From the IMG/VR virus record IMGVR_UViG_3300042545_001134, positions 124,001-188,000 of that record: a stretch of 64,000 bases of DNA; one strand, written 5' to 3'. Made by a program: the position numbers and the translations under genes. This document shows, one piece after another, positions 1 through 8,690 of this stretch (within the stretch, counting starts at the first letter, position 1; each line of letters starts with the position of its first letter). The notes below the pieces were generated by a model, which saw nothing but the letters and a program-made list of their open reading frames with translations, was not told the origin of the DNA and did not search any database.

Positions 1-3000
1 TAACAAAGAGTTTAACTCCTGAAACGGGTGATGCACCCATCGCAATGTTTCCACTAGTATTAAGATGGAAATCGTTTTGATTATAACGACCCATTATAAC
101 TTTATTATCAGCGAACGCCTCAATTACGGGAACACCCGCAATTGTATTAACTGAGAATAATGAGTTACTTAAATCATCTGTGATTGTAAACAATCTACCA
201 TTAACACCATCAACCGTGAATACTTCTGTTCCACTTGCTGTACTGTTTAATTTAACAGTTGATAAGTTTGAAGTACTTGCCGGATTTAAATAATATGCGG
301 TGTCATTAATATCGTAGTAAATTGGTGCGTAAACTCTACCTGAACCATCTACTCTATATGTGAATGATGAACTGTCCGTTCTTAATGCGTAACCATAAGT
401 GGCCCCTGCGGCAATGTTTACATAAATACCATATTCTGATTTAGAACTGTTATATGCGTTGAACTGTGCCAACCAGTCATTGTTGTTTGTTGCGGTTACA
501 TATAAAGTGGCATCTTGAACTGTGTTACTATTTCCACCATCAATCCAAAGACCTCTATTATCATAAGTTCGAACCATTGTTGATTCGGTTTGGTAGATAC
601 CACCACCATGTGTTGAGTTGTACCAACCAGTATTTCCACTACTTCTAAACCAATCACTTGCGTTAAATGAAGCGGCATAAACGTAATCAGTTGATGGATT
701 TACATAAACTTCAGCGGTTCCATAAACCGCATTTCCTGAACCCCATAATAATTGATAGTTACTGTTACTATTATTGTTGTAACTAATTGCCCCAAGATAC
801 GTTCCCGCCTCTTGGTACTTACCATCGATATCAACTGTTACAGTACCGCCATCATTTCTTGTCATGGTGATAACACCAGTTGATGTATTAAATGTTGCTC
901 CGGTTACATAATAATTTGTGTCGGTATCAACAACTGTTTCACTTGCGGTGGTGATTCCGGTGATGTGACCAAAACTATCTAATAAAATGTCTTGTATGTA
1001 AGTTCTACCTGAGTTGTCTGAAGAACCAGCAGCACTTACTGAAGGGTGACCTGTTAAGAACGCAGATGCGTGTTGACCATCAAGAGTATCCGCATCCAAC
1101 CCACTTCCACTTCCATCATTACCAGAATGCCAAATTCTATATCTAACGTTACCTACTGACCATCCACCCCATACTAAGTCATTTTCTGCACCACCTAATC
1201 CGAAGTAACCCGCATAATCTCCACCAATGTGGAATGTCATATATGCATCAGCACCTGCGGTATCTTGGTAGACAGTTAATCCCCTATTAGCGGCGGCAAC
1301 TGTATTAATAAATGTATTTGATGTTTGATAAAACTCGGCAGTTCTTGTTGTTGATGCCCCACGAGAAAGTACACTATCTAATGTATCGGTTTCAGAATAA
1401 CCAGTTATGTATCCACTATTATTTGTAAACTGAGAAATATTCATACTACTCAACGCACCAGCAGTATCGGCATAACCCGCATAAATCTTATACCAAGAAC
1501 CCCACGTAGTTGCTTCTCTTGTTCTAAATGTTACATACCTATCAGAAGTATTATATCTTGGGATTGCCAACTGCATTGCGTAGTTAGCAAATGAATAATC
1601 ATTACCAAGTCCCAAAGTAAATCCGTAGAATTGTGATGAACCCGTACCCGGACCGTTTGTTGACCCATTCACATATCTCGCTCCAAAGTCTCCAACACTA
1701 TTAAAATCGGTGTAGGTACTATGATTCTGACCCATGTTATTGAACAAACGATGTTCGTCTGTCATATCATCTATTACCGAATGGGTGTGTGATGATTCCG
1801 CATATTTTCCATCAATATCAACCGTGACTGTACCACCATCATTTCTTGTCATGGTGATAACACCAGTTGAAGTATTAAATGTTGCTCCCGTTACGTAATA
1901 GTTCGTATCGGTGTTAACTGATGATATATCAACCGGACTACTAAACGCCCCTCCTGAACCGGTAAATGTTAAATTAGTGCCGTCAAAAGTAACATCACTA
2001 ATAAAATCATTCGTATCGGTTACAGTCTCACTCGCGGTAGTGATACCGGTTATATGACCAAAACCATCCAATAAAATATCTTGTATGTATGTGCGTCCAC
2101 TGTTGTTCGATGAACCTGCAGCACTTACTGAAGGGTGAGCAGTTAAGAATGAAGATGCGTGAAGACCATCTAAGGTATCGGCATCTAATCCTGAAGATGC
2201 CCCATCAGTACCCGCAGTCCACACTTTTGAATTATCCCAATATAAAACACCATCAGTTCTCATTTCTAAGAACTTACCAACATTACCACTTATATGAAAC
2301 GCAACACCAGTGGTGGTGTTACCATATGATTCAGTTGTAAGTGCTGCGGTCGAGTAGTTATTATCGGTTTGATTCTTTCTGGCATTTAAACCTCCGGTGA
2401 ACACCGATTGTGTTGAGGTTGACGCTCCCCTTGCTGTTACAGATGCCAATGTATCCGTTTCAGAATATGAAGTTAAGAATGAAGATGCGTGAAGACCATC
2501 TAAGGTATCAGCATCTAATCCTGAAGATGCCCCATCGTTTCCTGAGTGCCATACCGTTCCACCATTTACTGTTGCGGAACCACTAACCGCAAATGAACCA
2601 CTTACTGTTGTTGTTGTTCCACTAACAACAAATGCGTTTGTTCCGAATGAACCCGCAACTAATTTGTCATCAGAGAATACCTCTAATATTGGTAAACCTG
2701 AAATATCGTTAACTGAGAATAATGAACCCGATAAACTATCGGTTATTGAGAACAATTGTCCTTGTGAACCTTGAACATCAAATACTAAACTACCTGAACC
2801 ATAAACTTGTAATGGAACGTTTGGTGTTGCTGTATCTGATTCACCATAACCAACTCTAACACCTCTAGCAACTGTTAAGTAACCATTGGTTGTAAGTGCC
2901 ATTGCACCTTGTGCATCACTATGAGCAGTATCACCCCACCAAAAACCTCTATCGTCTTCACTATTGAATTGGAAAGTCATTGCGTAGTCATTAAGACCAC

Positions 3001-6000
3001 CATATGTCATTCCATTCATCATACCAATTGCATACTCACTAGATGTACCCCATAATCTAAACTTATCTCTTAATGGTGAATACGTTGTGTTATATGCCGT
3101 TGCGGTAACACTTGAGAATGTTGGACTATTACTTGTACCTAAATCTTGGTTGATTGTATATTGAGTAATATTGTATGCGTTTCCGGTAATATTACCTGTG
3201 ATTTTTGAACCGGCAAGTGCGGTAATCCATGAAGGGTTACTATATGTACCGTTATCGTAAACACCATTAGTTACCGTTGCGGCATTTCCTGATATATTGA
3301 TACCCCAAGTACCATTTTCAAAAACATATTTGTAACCGGCACCATTTCTAAGGAAACCATCTGTCGCCAAATAGAATCTAACATTACCTGATTGTGTGAA
3401 TTTAATTTCTTCATCACTATCATCCTGTGTACCGATTTCTAAGTATGAACCACCAGCGGCGTTACTTGTTGAAATAAACTTGATGAATGCAGCATCGGTA
3501 TTCACTCCCCATGTTAAACCTAAGTTTGATGTTGCACCGAATGCAATGTTACCGGTCATTGTACCTCCCGATAATGGAAGTTTTGCTCCGATTGAACTCG
3601 CAATCGTTGTTGCGAAGTTCGCATCGTCACCTAACGCCGCCGCCAATTCATTTAAAGTATCAAGTGCTGAAGGTGCCCCATCAATCAGGTTCGTAATTTG
3701 TGTTTGTACATAACCTGTGGTTGCATAACCCTGACTTGCGTGGTTACCCCATCCATATGCGGTATCCCAATTTGATTTGTTATATCCTGTTATCGCAACC
3801 GAACCTCCAAAGAAGTTGGCGATTTCAGTTTCTGTATAATATCTTGTATCTGTTGTAGTTGAATAGTTGTTTGTATTCAAATACTCATATTGTGTTATGT
3901 CTCCACCACCGTAGATTGGTCCCGTCACAATCATACCACCTTGTGGTGTTTGGTCAAGGTCAACTTGTGCTGGAGTTTCGGTCAATGCGGGGAAATTACT
4001 TACATCTCCAGGGTCAACAGCCTCATCAACCCAATCTTTAATAACCCAACCGCTTGATTGGATATTTTCCAACATCCATGCTTGTACCGTAGAACTACTT
4101 TGGTCTATATAAACTTGAAGTAATGCACCATCGTATGTTGAACCATCTTGAATACGAATGTATCTAAATGGATTACCTGAATATCTTGAGTTAATTAAAA
4201 CTGTAATATCTGAGTAATTTCCATAATGGTGTGTTGCATAGAACACAACTGATTGGTGATTACCACTTGAGGTGTCTCTTAAAATAAATTTACCAACCGC
4301 TCTGCTCCCCGTGTTTACCGCAATGGTATACCATCGACCATCGGGTAATCCCAAAGTTTCTACATTTTTAACATACGGAAGATATCTATCATCATGAGTG
4401 TGACCCAATTCTGAATACTTTCCATCGATATCAACTGTTACAGTATTACCGTCATTACGTGTAAGTGTAATAATACCATTACCTGTATTGAAAGTTGCTC
4501 CTGTTACATAGTAATTTGTATTTGTATCAACAACCGTTTCAGTACCTGTTGTAATTCCTGTAATATGTCCAAATGAATCTAATAAGATGTCTTGGATATA
4601 TGTTCTTCCTGAGTTATCAGATGAACTCGCCGCACTCACCGAAGGGTGAGCGGTTAAGAATCTACCATCGATATCAACGGTGATTGTGTTTCCGTCATTT
4701 CTTGTTAAAGTGATAACCCCATCACCTGTGTTGAACGTTGCCCCCGTTACATAATAGTTCGTATCGGTTACTGTTTCACTTGCGGTTGTTATACCTGTTA
4801 TATGTCCAAATGAATCTAAAAGTATGTCTTGGATGTATGTTCTTCCACTATTGTTCGAAGAACTTGCCGCAGATACAGAAGGGTGTGCGGTTAAATATGT
4901 GTTAGTGTCTAACGAACCATCACCCTTAACGAACTCACCACTATTACCTCCTTGGGTAATGAATGATGCCGCAGTTATTGATATTGTTGAGGTGTTACCT
5001 CTTTGAACAACATCCTCTAATGTTGATATTTCACTGTACGATGTTAAGAACCTACCATCGATATCAACAGTATATGTTCCACCGTCGTTACGAGTGTATG
5101 TAATTACACCGTTACTGGTATTGAAGGTTGCACCTGTTGTGTAGTAATCAGTACTTGATACACCATATCTTCCATCTAAATCAACAGTATAAGTTCCACC
5201 ATCTGTTCTTGTGAAAGTTAAAACACCGTCGCCCGTGTTAAATGTTACACCAGTTGTGTAATAGTTTAAGTATGAAGTTAAATATGTATTTGTATCAACA
5301 CTACCATCTGCCTTTAAGAACTGAGATGATGTTCCACCACTCTTAACAAATGATGTTGCTCTTACATTTCCACTCACCGCCAATTTATATCCCGATACAG
5401 GTAGTAATCCCATACCAATCTCACCTGTTGTTCCTAAGTAGAAATCATTTTGATTAAATCTACCCATTACAATGTGGTAATCGGCAAATGCCTCAATCAC
5501 AGGTAAACCTGAAATTGTACTAACTGAGAATAATGAATTACTTAAATCATCAGTAACCGCAAACAATCTACCATTTGTACCGTCAACCGCAAATACGGTT
5601 GCTCCCGATACTGATTCGTAAACTGTTAATGTACCACCACTAATTACAACATCATTATATGATGTCATTCCACTTACAGTGATTGCTTGGTTGGTTGTGT
5701 TACCTCTTGCGGTAACTGTTGCTAGTGTATCTGTTTCACTATATGAAGTTAAGAATCTACCATCAATATCAACTGTTACAGTTCCACCATCGTTTCTTGT
5801 TAACGTAATAATACCATTACCGGTATTGAAGGTTGCTCCCGTTACGTAATAGTTTGTATCGGTGTTAACTGATGATATATCAACCGGACTACTAAACGCT
5901 CCACCTGAACCGGTGAATGTTAAATTAGTACCATCGAAAGTAACATCACTAATAAAATCATTAGTATCTGTTACGGTTTCAGTTGCAGTTGTGATTCCCG

Positions 6001-7969
6001 TTATATGACCAAAACCATCTAATAAGATGTCTTGGATATATGTTCTTCCTGAATTGTTTGATGAACCTGCAGCGCTTACTGAAGGGTGGGCGGTTAAATA
6101 AGTGTTCGAATCAACACTACCGTCTGCCTTTAAGAACTGCGTTGAAAGTCCACCTATTTTTTTTATTGTCGCGGCATTTAGTATACCACCATTTTCAAAG
6201 AAAATTCTTGGAACACCACCACCATCGATGAACTCTAATTGGTCAAAACTTGAATCCTTATTATATCTAATTAGGTACCCATTAAATGCACCCCCATCAC
6301 CGGCATACATTTCAATTGTTGTAAATCCGGTTGAGACGTTAATTTGACCTAATGTAAGTGTTGTATTATTCTTAAAGATACTAAGGTTACCAGTCATGGT
6401 ATCGCCACTCTTAGAAACTTTGTTTCCAATTGATGTTGCGACTGTTGTTGCGAAGTTAGGGTCATCCCCTAACGCCGCTGCCAATTCATTTAAGGTATCT
6501 AATGTTGATGGTGACGAATCAATTAGGTTAGTAATTTGTGTTTGTACGTAACCTGTAGTTGCATAACCATTAAGTGATGTTGATGTTAAATATGTGTTTG
6601 TGTCAACACCTAATGTACCATCTGAGTTAATAAACTTAACGAAACCATTTGTTGAATATGCATTGAATCTTGTTGTACCATTATTACTTAAACGGAAGTA
6701 TTCACTTCCACCAAATGTATACCATAATCCTTGGTTAGGTGTTGATGCGTTACTTCCACCAATATTGAAAACACTTTGTGTGCTTCCATCACCCGCCTTT
6801 AAAACTAAATTACTAAAGAATTGGTCGGCGGTACCTTGGTTATTTGAGTGGATATTAATTTGTCCACCACTCTTAATTGAGTAATTAACATTATTATCAG
6901 CAACAGGTCCAAATTGGATGTCACCGTTTGTTGTTAATCCACCAACTTCGATTGTATTTGTTGTTACCGAACCTCTGTCTGTTACATTATCAAATGTATC
7001 CGTTTCGGTGTATCCTGTTAGATATGAACCAGCGGGTTGGAATCTTCCATCAATGTCAACGGTGTATGTTCCACCATCGTTTTTTGTAAACGTGATGACA
7101 CCATCTCCGGTGTTAAACGTTGCACCAGTTGTAAATGTATTTGTATCTGTGTAACCTGTTAGGAAACCAAGAGAATATATCTGAGCGGAACCACTAATGA
7201 TATTAGAAGGTATTCCCGTCAATCCACTATAAGAAATTTGAGATGAACCCGATACTAATGTTGGTACATTAATAAGGTATGAATAACCTAATGAACCCGA
7301 TAAACCGTTGGTTACAATTAATGAACCTGTAATTTCAGAATTACTATTGATTGATACGATTGTACCCGTATCTGTAATATTTGAAGAGGTGATGTGGTCA
7401 CCACCTTGACCTTTTGTTACTCTATTATTTATGGTACCAACTTCATCACCAAGAGAACCTGTGTTTCTTGGACCTGAAATTAACATACCACCACTATACA
7501 TGGAGTCGACCGTGTTAGTGTAAACCCAATGATTTTTTTCACTATCCCATGTAAGAGATGCAGTCGCATTAGATGAACCCGAATCGTATACTTTAATACC
7601 TCCGAATCTCTCTAACGGTTCAAAAACGTTTACACTAATGTATGATTCACTAACTGCAAGTTGTGATGCGGTCAAGTAAAGTACCGATGATGAACCGTGT
7701 ACAATTAAATCATTAAGAATATAAACTGAACCACTTACAAATTGATTTCCTAAAAGATTTAGAGAACCCGTTAATGTATGTGAGCCGGAAATGTTAACAC
7801 TACCAGTAAAATTATGATTATCACTTAATTGGTCTCCGAACTTGGTGTTTCCATCAACAGTCAAAGAACCTGTAATAGTTTGTGAACCACTAACAACCAA
7901 GTTACCTTTTAATTCTGATGAACCCGATACGTGTAACGACCCCGTTACGTCTGCGTCAAATATTCTCAT
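1..7969 (-). CDS. Giant repetitive tail fibre / receptor-binding protein, partial (>=2656 aa, runs off the left edge)
   Basis: ATG at 7969 (MRIFDADVTGSLHVSGS). The same frame reads ...GNIAMGASPVSGVKLFV at position 1, and the ORF track reports no closed ORF in this frame, implying no internal stop. G/S/T/N-rich with fibre motifs LDTLNELAAALGDDxNFATT (x2) and GLDADTLDGxHASxFL (x3), and 8 copies of YVTGATFNTxTGVITxTRxDGxTVTVDxDG. Confidence 0.88.
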   Translation of the reverse strand, partial: MRIFDADVTGSLHVSGSSELKGNLVVSGSQTITGSLTVDGNTKFGDQLSDNHNFTGSVNISGSHTLTGSLNLLGNQFVSGSVYILNDLIVHGSSSVLYLTASQLAVSESYISVNVFEPLERFGGIKVYDSGSSNATASLTWDSEKNHWVYTNTVDSMYSGGMLISGPRNTGSLGDEVGTINNRVTKGQGGDHITSSNITDTGTIVSINSNSEITGSLIVTNGLSGSLGYSYLINVPTLVSGSSQISYSGLTGIPSNIISGSAQIYSLGFLTGYTDTNTFTTGATFNTGDGVITFTKNDGGTYTVDIDGRFQPAGSYLTGYTETDTFDNVTDRGSVTTNTIEVGGLTTNGDIQFGPVADNNVNYSIKSGGQINIHSNNQGTADQFFSNLVLKAGDGSTQSVFNIGGSNASTPNQGLWYTFGGSEYFRLSNNGTTRFNAYSTNGFVKFINSDGTLGVDTNTYLTSTSLNGYATTGYVQTQITNLIDSSPSTLDTLNELAAALGDDPNFATTVATSIGNKVSKSGDTMTGNLSIFKNNTTLTLGQINVSTGFTTIEMYAGDGGAFNGYLIRYNKDSSFDQLEFIDGGGVPRIFFENGGILNAATIKKIGGLSTQFLKADGSVDSNTYLTAHPSVSAAGSSNNSGRTYIQDILLDGFGHITGITTATETVTDTNDFISDVTFDGTNLTFTGSGGAFSSPVDISSVNTDTNYYVTGATFNTGNGIITLTRNDGGTVTVDIDGRFLTSYSETDTLATVTARGNTTNQAITVSGMTSYNDVVISGGTLTVYESVSGATVFAVDGTNGRLFAVTDDLSNSLFSVSTISGLPVIEAFADYHIVMGRFNQNDFYLGTTGEIGMGLLPVSGYKLAVSGNVRATSFVKSGGTSSQFLKADGSVDTNTYLTSYLNYYTTGVTFNTGDGVLTFTRTDGGTYTVDLDGRYGVSSTDYYTTGATFNTSNGVITYTRNDGGTYTVDIDGRFLTSYSEISTLEDVVQRGNTSTISITAASFITQGGNSGEFVKGDGSLDTNTYLTAHPSVSAASSSNNSGRTYIQDILLDSFGHITGITTASETVTDTNYYVTGATFNTGDGVITLTRNDGNTITVDIDGRFLTAHPSVSAASSSDNSGRTYIQDILLDSFGHITGITTGTETVVDTNTNYYVTGATFNTGNGIITLTRNDGNTVTVDIDGKYSELGHTHDDRYLPYVKNVETLGLPDGRWYTIAVNTGSRAVGKFILRDTSSGNHQSVVFYATHHYGNYSDITVLINSRYSGNPFRYIRIQDGSTYDGALLQVYIDQSSSTVQAWMLENIQSSGWVIKDWVDEAVDPGDVSNFPALTETPAQVDLDQTPQGGMIVTGPIYGGGDITQYEYLNTNNYSTTTDTRYYTETEIANFFGGSVAITGYNKSNWDTAYGWGNHASQGYATTGYVQTQITNLIDGAPSALDTLNELAAALGDDANFATTIASSIGAKLPLSGGTMTGNIAFGATSNLGLTWGVNTDAAFIKFISTSNAAGGSYLEIGTQDDSDEEIKFTQSGNVRFYLATDGFLRNGAGYKYVFENGTWGINISGNAATVTNGVYDNGTYSNPSWITALAGSKITGNITGNAYNITQYTINQDLGTSNSPTFSSVTATAYNTTYSPLRDKFRLWGTSSEYAIGMMNGMTYGGLNDYAMTFQFNSEDDRGFWWGDTAHSDAQGAMALTTNGYLTVARGVRVGYGESDTATPNVPLQVYGSGSLVFDVQGSQGQLFSITDSLSGSLFSVNDISGLPILEVFSDDKLVAGSFGTNAFVVSGTTTTVSGSFAVSGSATVNGGTVWHSGNDGASSGLDADTLDGLHASSFLTSYSETDTLASVTARGASTSTQSVFTGGLNARKNQTDNNYSTAALTTESYGNTTTGVAFHISGNVGKFLEMRTDGVLYWDNSKVWTAGTDGASSGLDADTLDGLHASSFLTAHPSVSAAGSSNNSGRTYIQDILLDGFGHITGITTASETVTDTNDFISDVTFDGTNLTFTGSGGAFSSPVDISSVNTDTNYYVTGATFNTSTGVITMTRNDGGTVTVDIDGKYAESSHTHSVIDDMTDEHRLFNNMGQNHSTYTDFNSVGDFGARYVNGSTNGPGTGSSQFYGFTLGLGNDYSFANYAMQLAIPRYNTSDRYVTFRTREATTWGSWYKIYAGYADTAGALSSMNISQFTNNSGYITGYSETDTLDSVLSRGASTTRTAEFYQTSNTFINTVAAANRGLTVYQDTAGADAYMTFHIGGDYAGYFGLGGAENDLVWGGWSVGNVRYRIWHSGNDGSGSGLDADTLDGQHASAFLTGHPSVSAAGSSDNSGRTYIQDILLDSFGHITGITTASETVVDTDTNYYVTGATFNTSTGVITMTRNDGGTVTVDIDGKYQEAGTYLGAISYNNNSNSNYQLLWGSGNAVYGTAEVYVNPSTDYVYAASFNASDWFRSSGNTGWYNSTHGGGIYQTESTMVRTYDNRGLWIDGGNSNTVQDATLYVTATNNNDWLAQFNAYNSSKSEYGIYVNIAAGATYGYALRTDSSSFTYRVDGSGRVYAPIYYDINDTAYYLNPASTSNLSTVKLNSTASGTEVFTVDGVNGRLFTITDDLSNSLFSVNTIAGVPVIEAFADNKVIMGRYNQNDFHLNTSGNIAMGASPVSGVKLFV
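1881..2090. repeat. Intragenic duplication, copy A (copy B at about 5832-6041)
   Basis: Near-identical run gttgctcccgttacgtaatagtt..gtatcggtgttaactgatgatatatcaaccggactactaaacgc...aaagtaacatcactaataaaatcatt at both loci; differences are mostly at synonymous positions. Confidence 0.9.
2141..2536. repeat. 66-bp direct repeat x2 (2141-2206 and 2471-2536)
   Basis: agttaagaatgaagatgcgtgaagaccatctaaggtatc(g/a)gcatctaatcctgaagatgccccatc with one mismatch; encodes DGASSGLDADTLDGLHASSFLT. Confidence 0.9.
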
Positions 7970-7993
7970 GTAAAGTTCTTATTATTTTATTAG

Positions 7994-8000
7994 ATAAATA
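7994..8000 (-). promoter_or_regulatory. TATTTAT putative late-promoter element
   Basis: Motif about 25 nt upstream of the giant fibre ATG; recurs upstream of many structural genes. Confidence 0.55.
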
Positions 8001-8033
8001 CTTCAAATGTCCGTTCTTTATCCCTTTGCTTGT

Positions 8034-8040
8034 TATTTAT
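8034..8040 (+). promoter_or_regulatory. TATTTAT element (plus strand)
   Basis: Same motif, flipped to the plus strand, 25 nt upstream of the plus-strand GNAT gene. Confidence 0.45.
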
Positions 8041-8065
8041 TCTTAGTAATCTATTATAAATATCG

Positions 8066-8542
8066 ATGGTCCCTTATAGTCTAAACATTCAAAACAGAAT
8101 TTATAGTGAAAATACACAATTAGTTGTGGAAGAAATACTAGAACCGAATCACTCGGATATCCAAAAAACAATTGACAATTTTAATTCCCAATACACATGG
8201 GATATGATGTTTACCATACAAGAAACCGAATTAAGAATGGATTATGGTGATAGACTGTTCTTATTTTATCTGAATGGTGAGGTTGTGGGACATACGTGGG
8301 TTTCAAAAAAACATCTTCCTGAACCACATATATACATATATAATGTGTTTGTGGATAAAACCAAACATAACAAAGAGTTATGTGATAGTACAACTTATGT
8401 TTGTATGGTGATGGATATATTATCTAAGGAAGGTTACACCGATGTTCACCTTTACGTGGATAAATGGCATAAAAAAGCCCAAACTTTTTTTACGAGAATG
8501 GGCTTTAAAGAATCAAATTGGCTTACTCTCCAAGATGTTTAA
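8066..8542 (+). CDS. GNAT-family N-acetyltransferase-like protein
   Basis: 158 aa; FLFYLNGEVVGHTW beta-strand, IYIYNVFVDK (motif A-like), VHLYVDKWHKKAQTFFTRMGF (motif B, N.xA..FY..xGF-like). Confidence 0.65.
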   Translation: MVPYSLNIQNRIYSENTQLVVEEILEPNHSDIQKTIDNFNSQYTWDMMFTIQETELRMDYGDRLFLFYLNGEVVGHTWVSKKHLPEPHIYIYNVFVDKTKHNKELCDSTTYVCMVMDILSKEGYTDVHLYVDKWHKKAQTFFTRMGFKESNWLTLQDV

Positions 8543-8672
8543 GTTTAATTGCATTAACAATTTGTGTCGTTAAATTCTTTAAAATTACCTTTTTAGGTTC
8601 TGAAACCTTTTTCAAGAACATTTTATATTCTTGAGCGGTATATAGTTTGTTTTTGTTTACTTCTGTACTCAT
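8523..8672 (-). CDS. Small hypothetical protein (49 aa, below ORF-track cutoff)
   Basis: Hand translation MSTEVNKNKLYTAQEYKMFLKKVSEPKKVILKNLTTQIVNAIKLKHLGE*; A-rich leader; starts 18 nt after the ATP-grasp gene stop. Confidence 0.6.
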   Translation of the reverse strand: MSTEVNKNKLYTAQEYKMFLKKVSEPKKVILKNLTTQIVNAIKLKHLGE

Positions 8673-8690
8673 AGTTTTAATTTTTTAATT

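Noticed and set aside
1881-6041. Fibre duplication as a DGR TR/VR pair
   Set aside because: Both copies are in-frame coding, and mismatches involve all bases, mostly at third codon positions.
466-7154. Numerous short plus-strand ORFs (and 496-678 on the minus strand) over the giant fibre gene
   Set aside because: They are shadow frames of the long minus-strand CDS, with no recognisable motifs or expression signals. The same applies to most plus-strand ORFs across the window.
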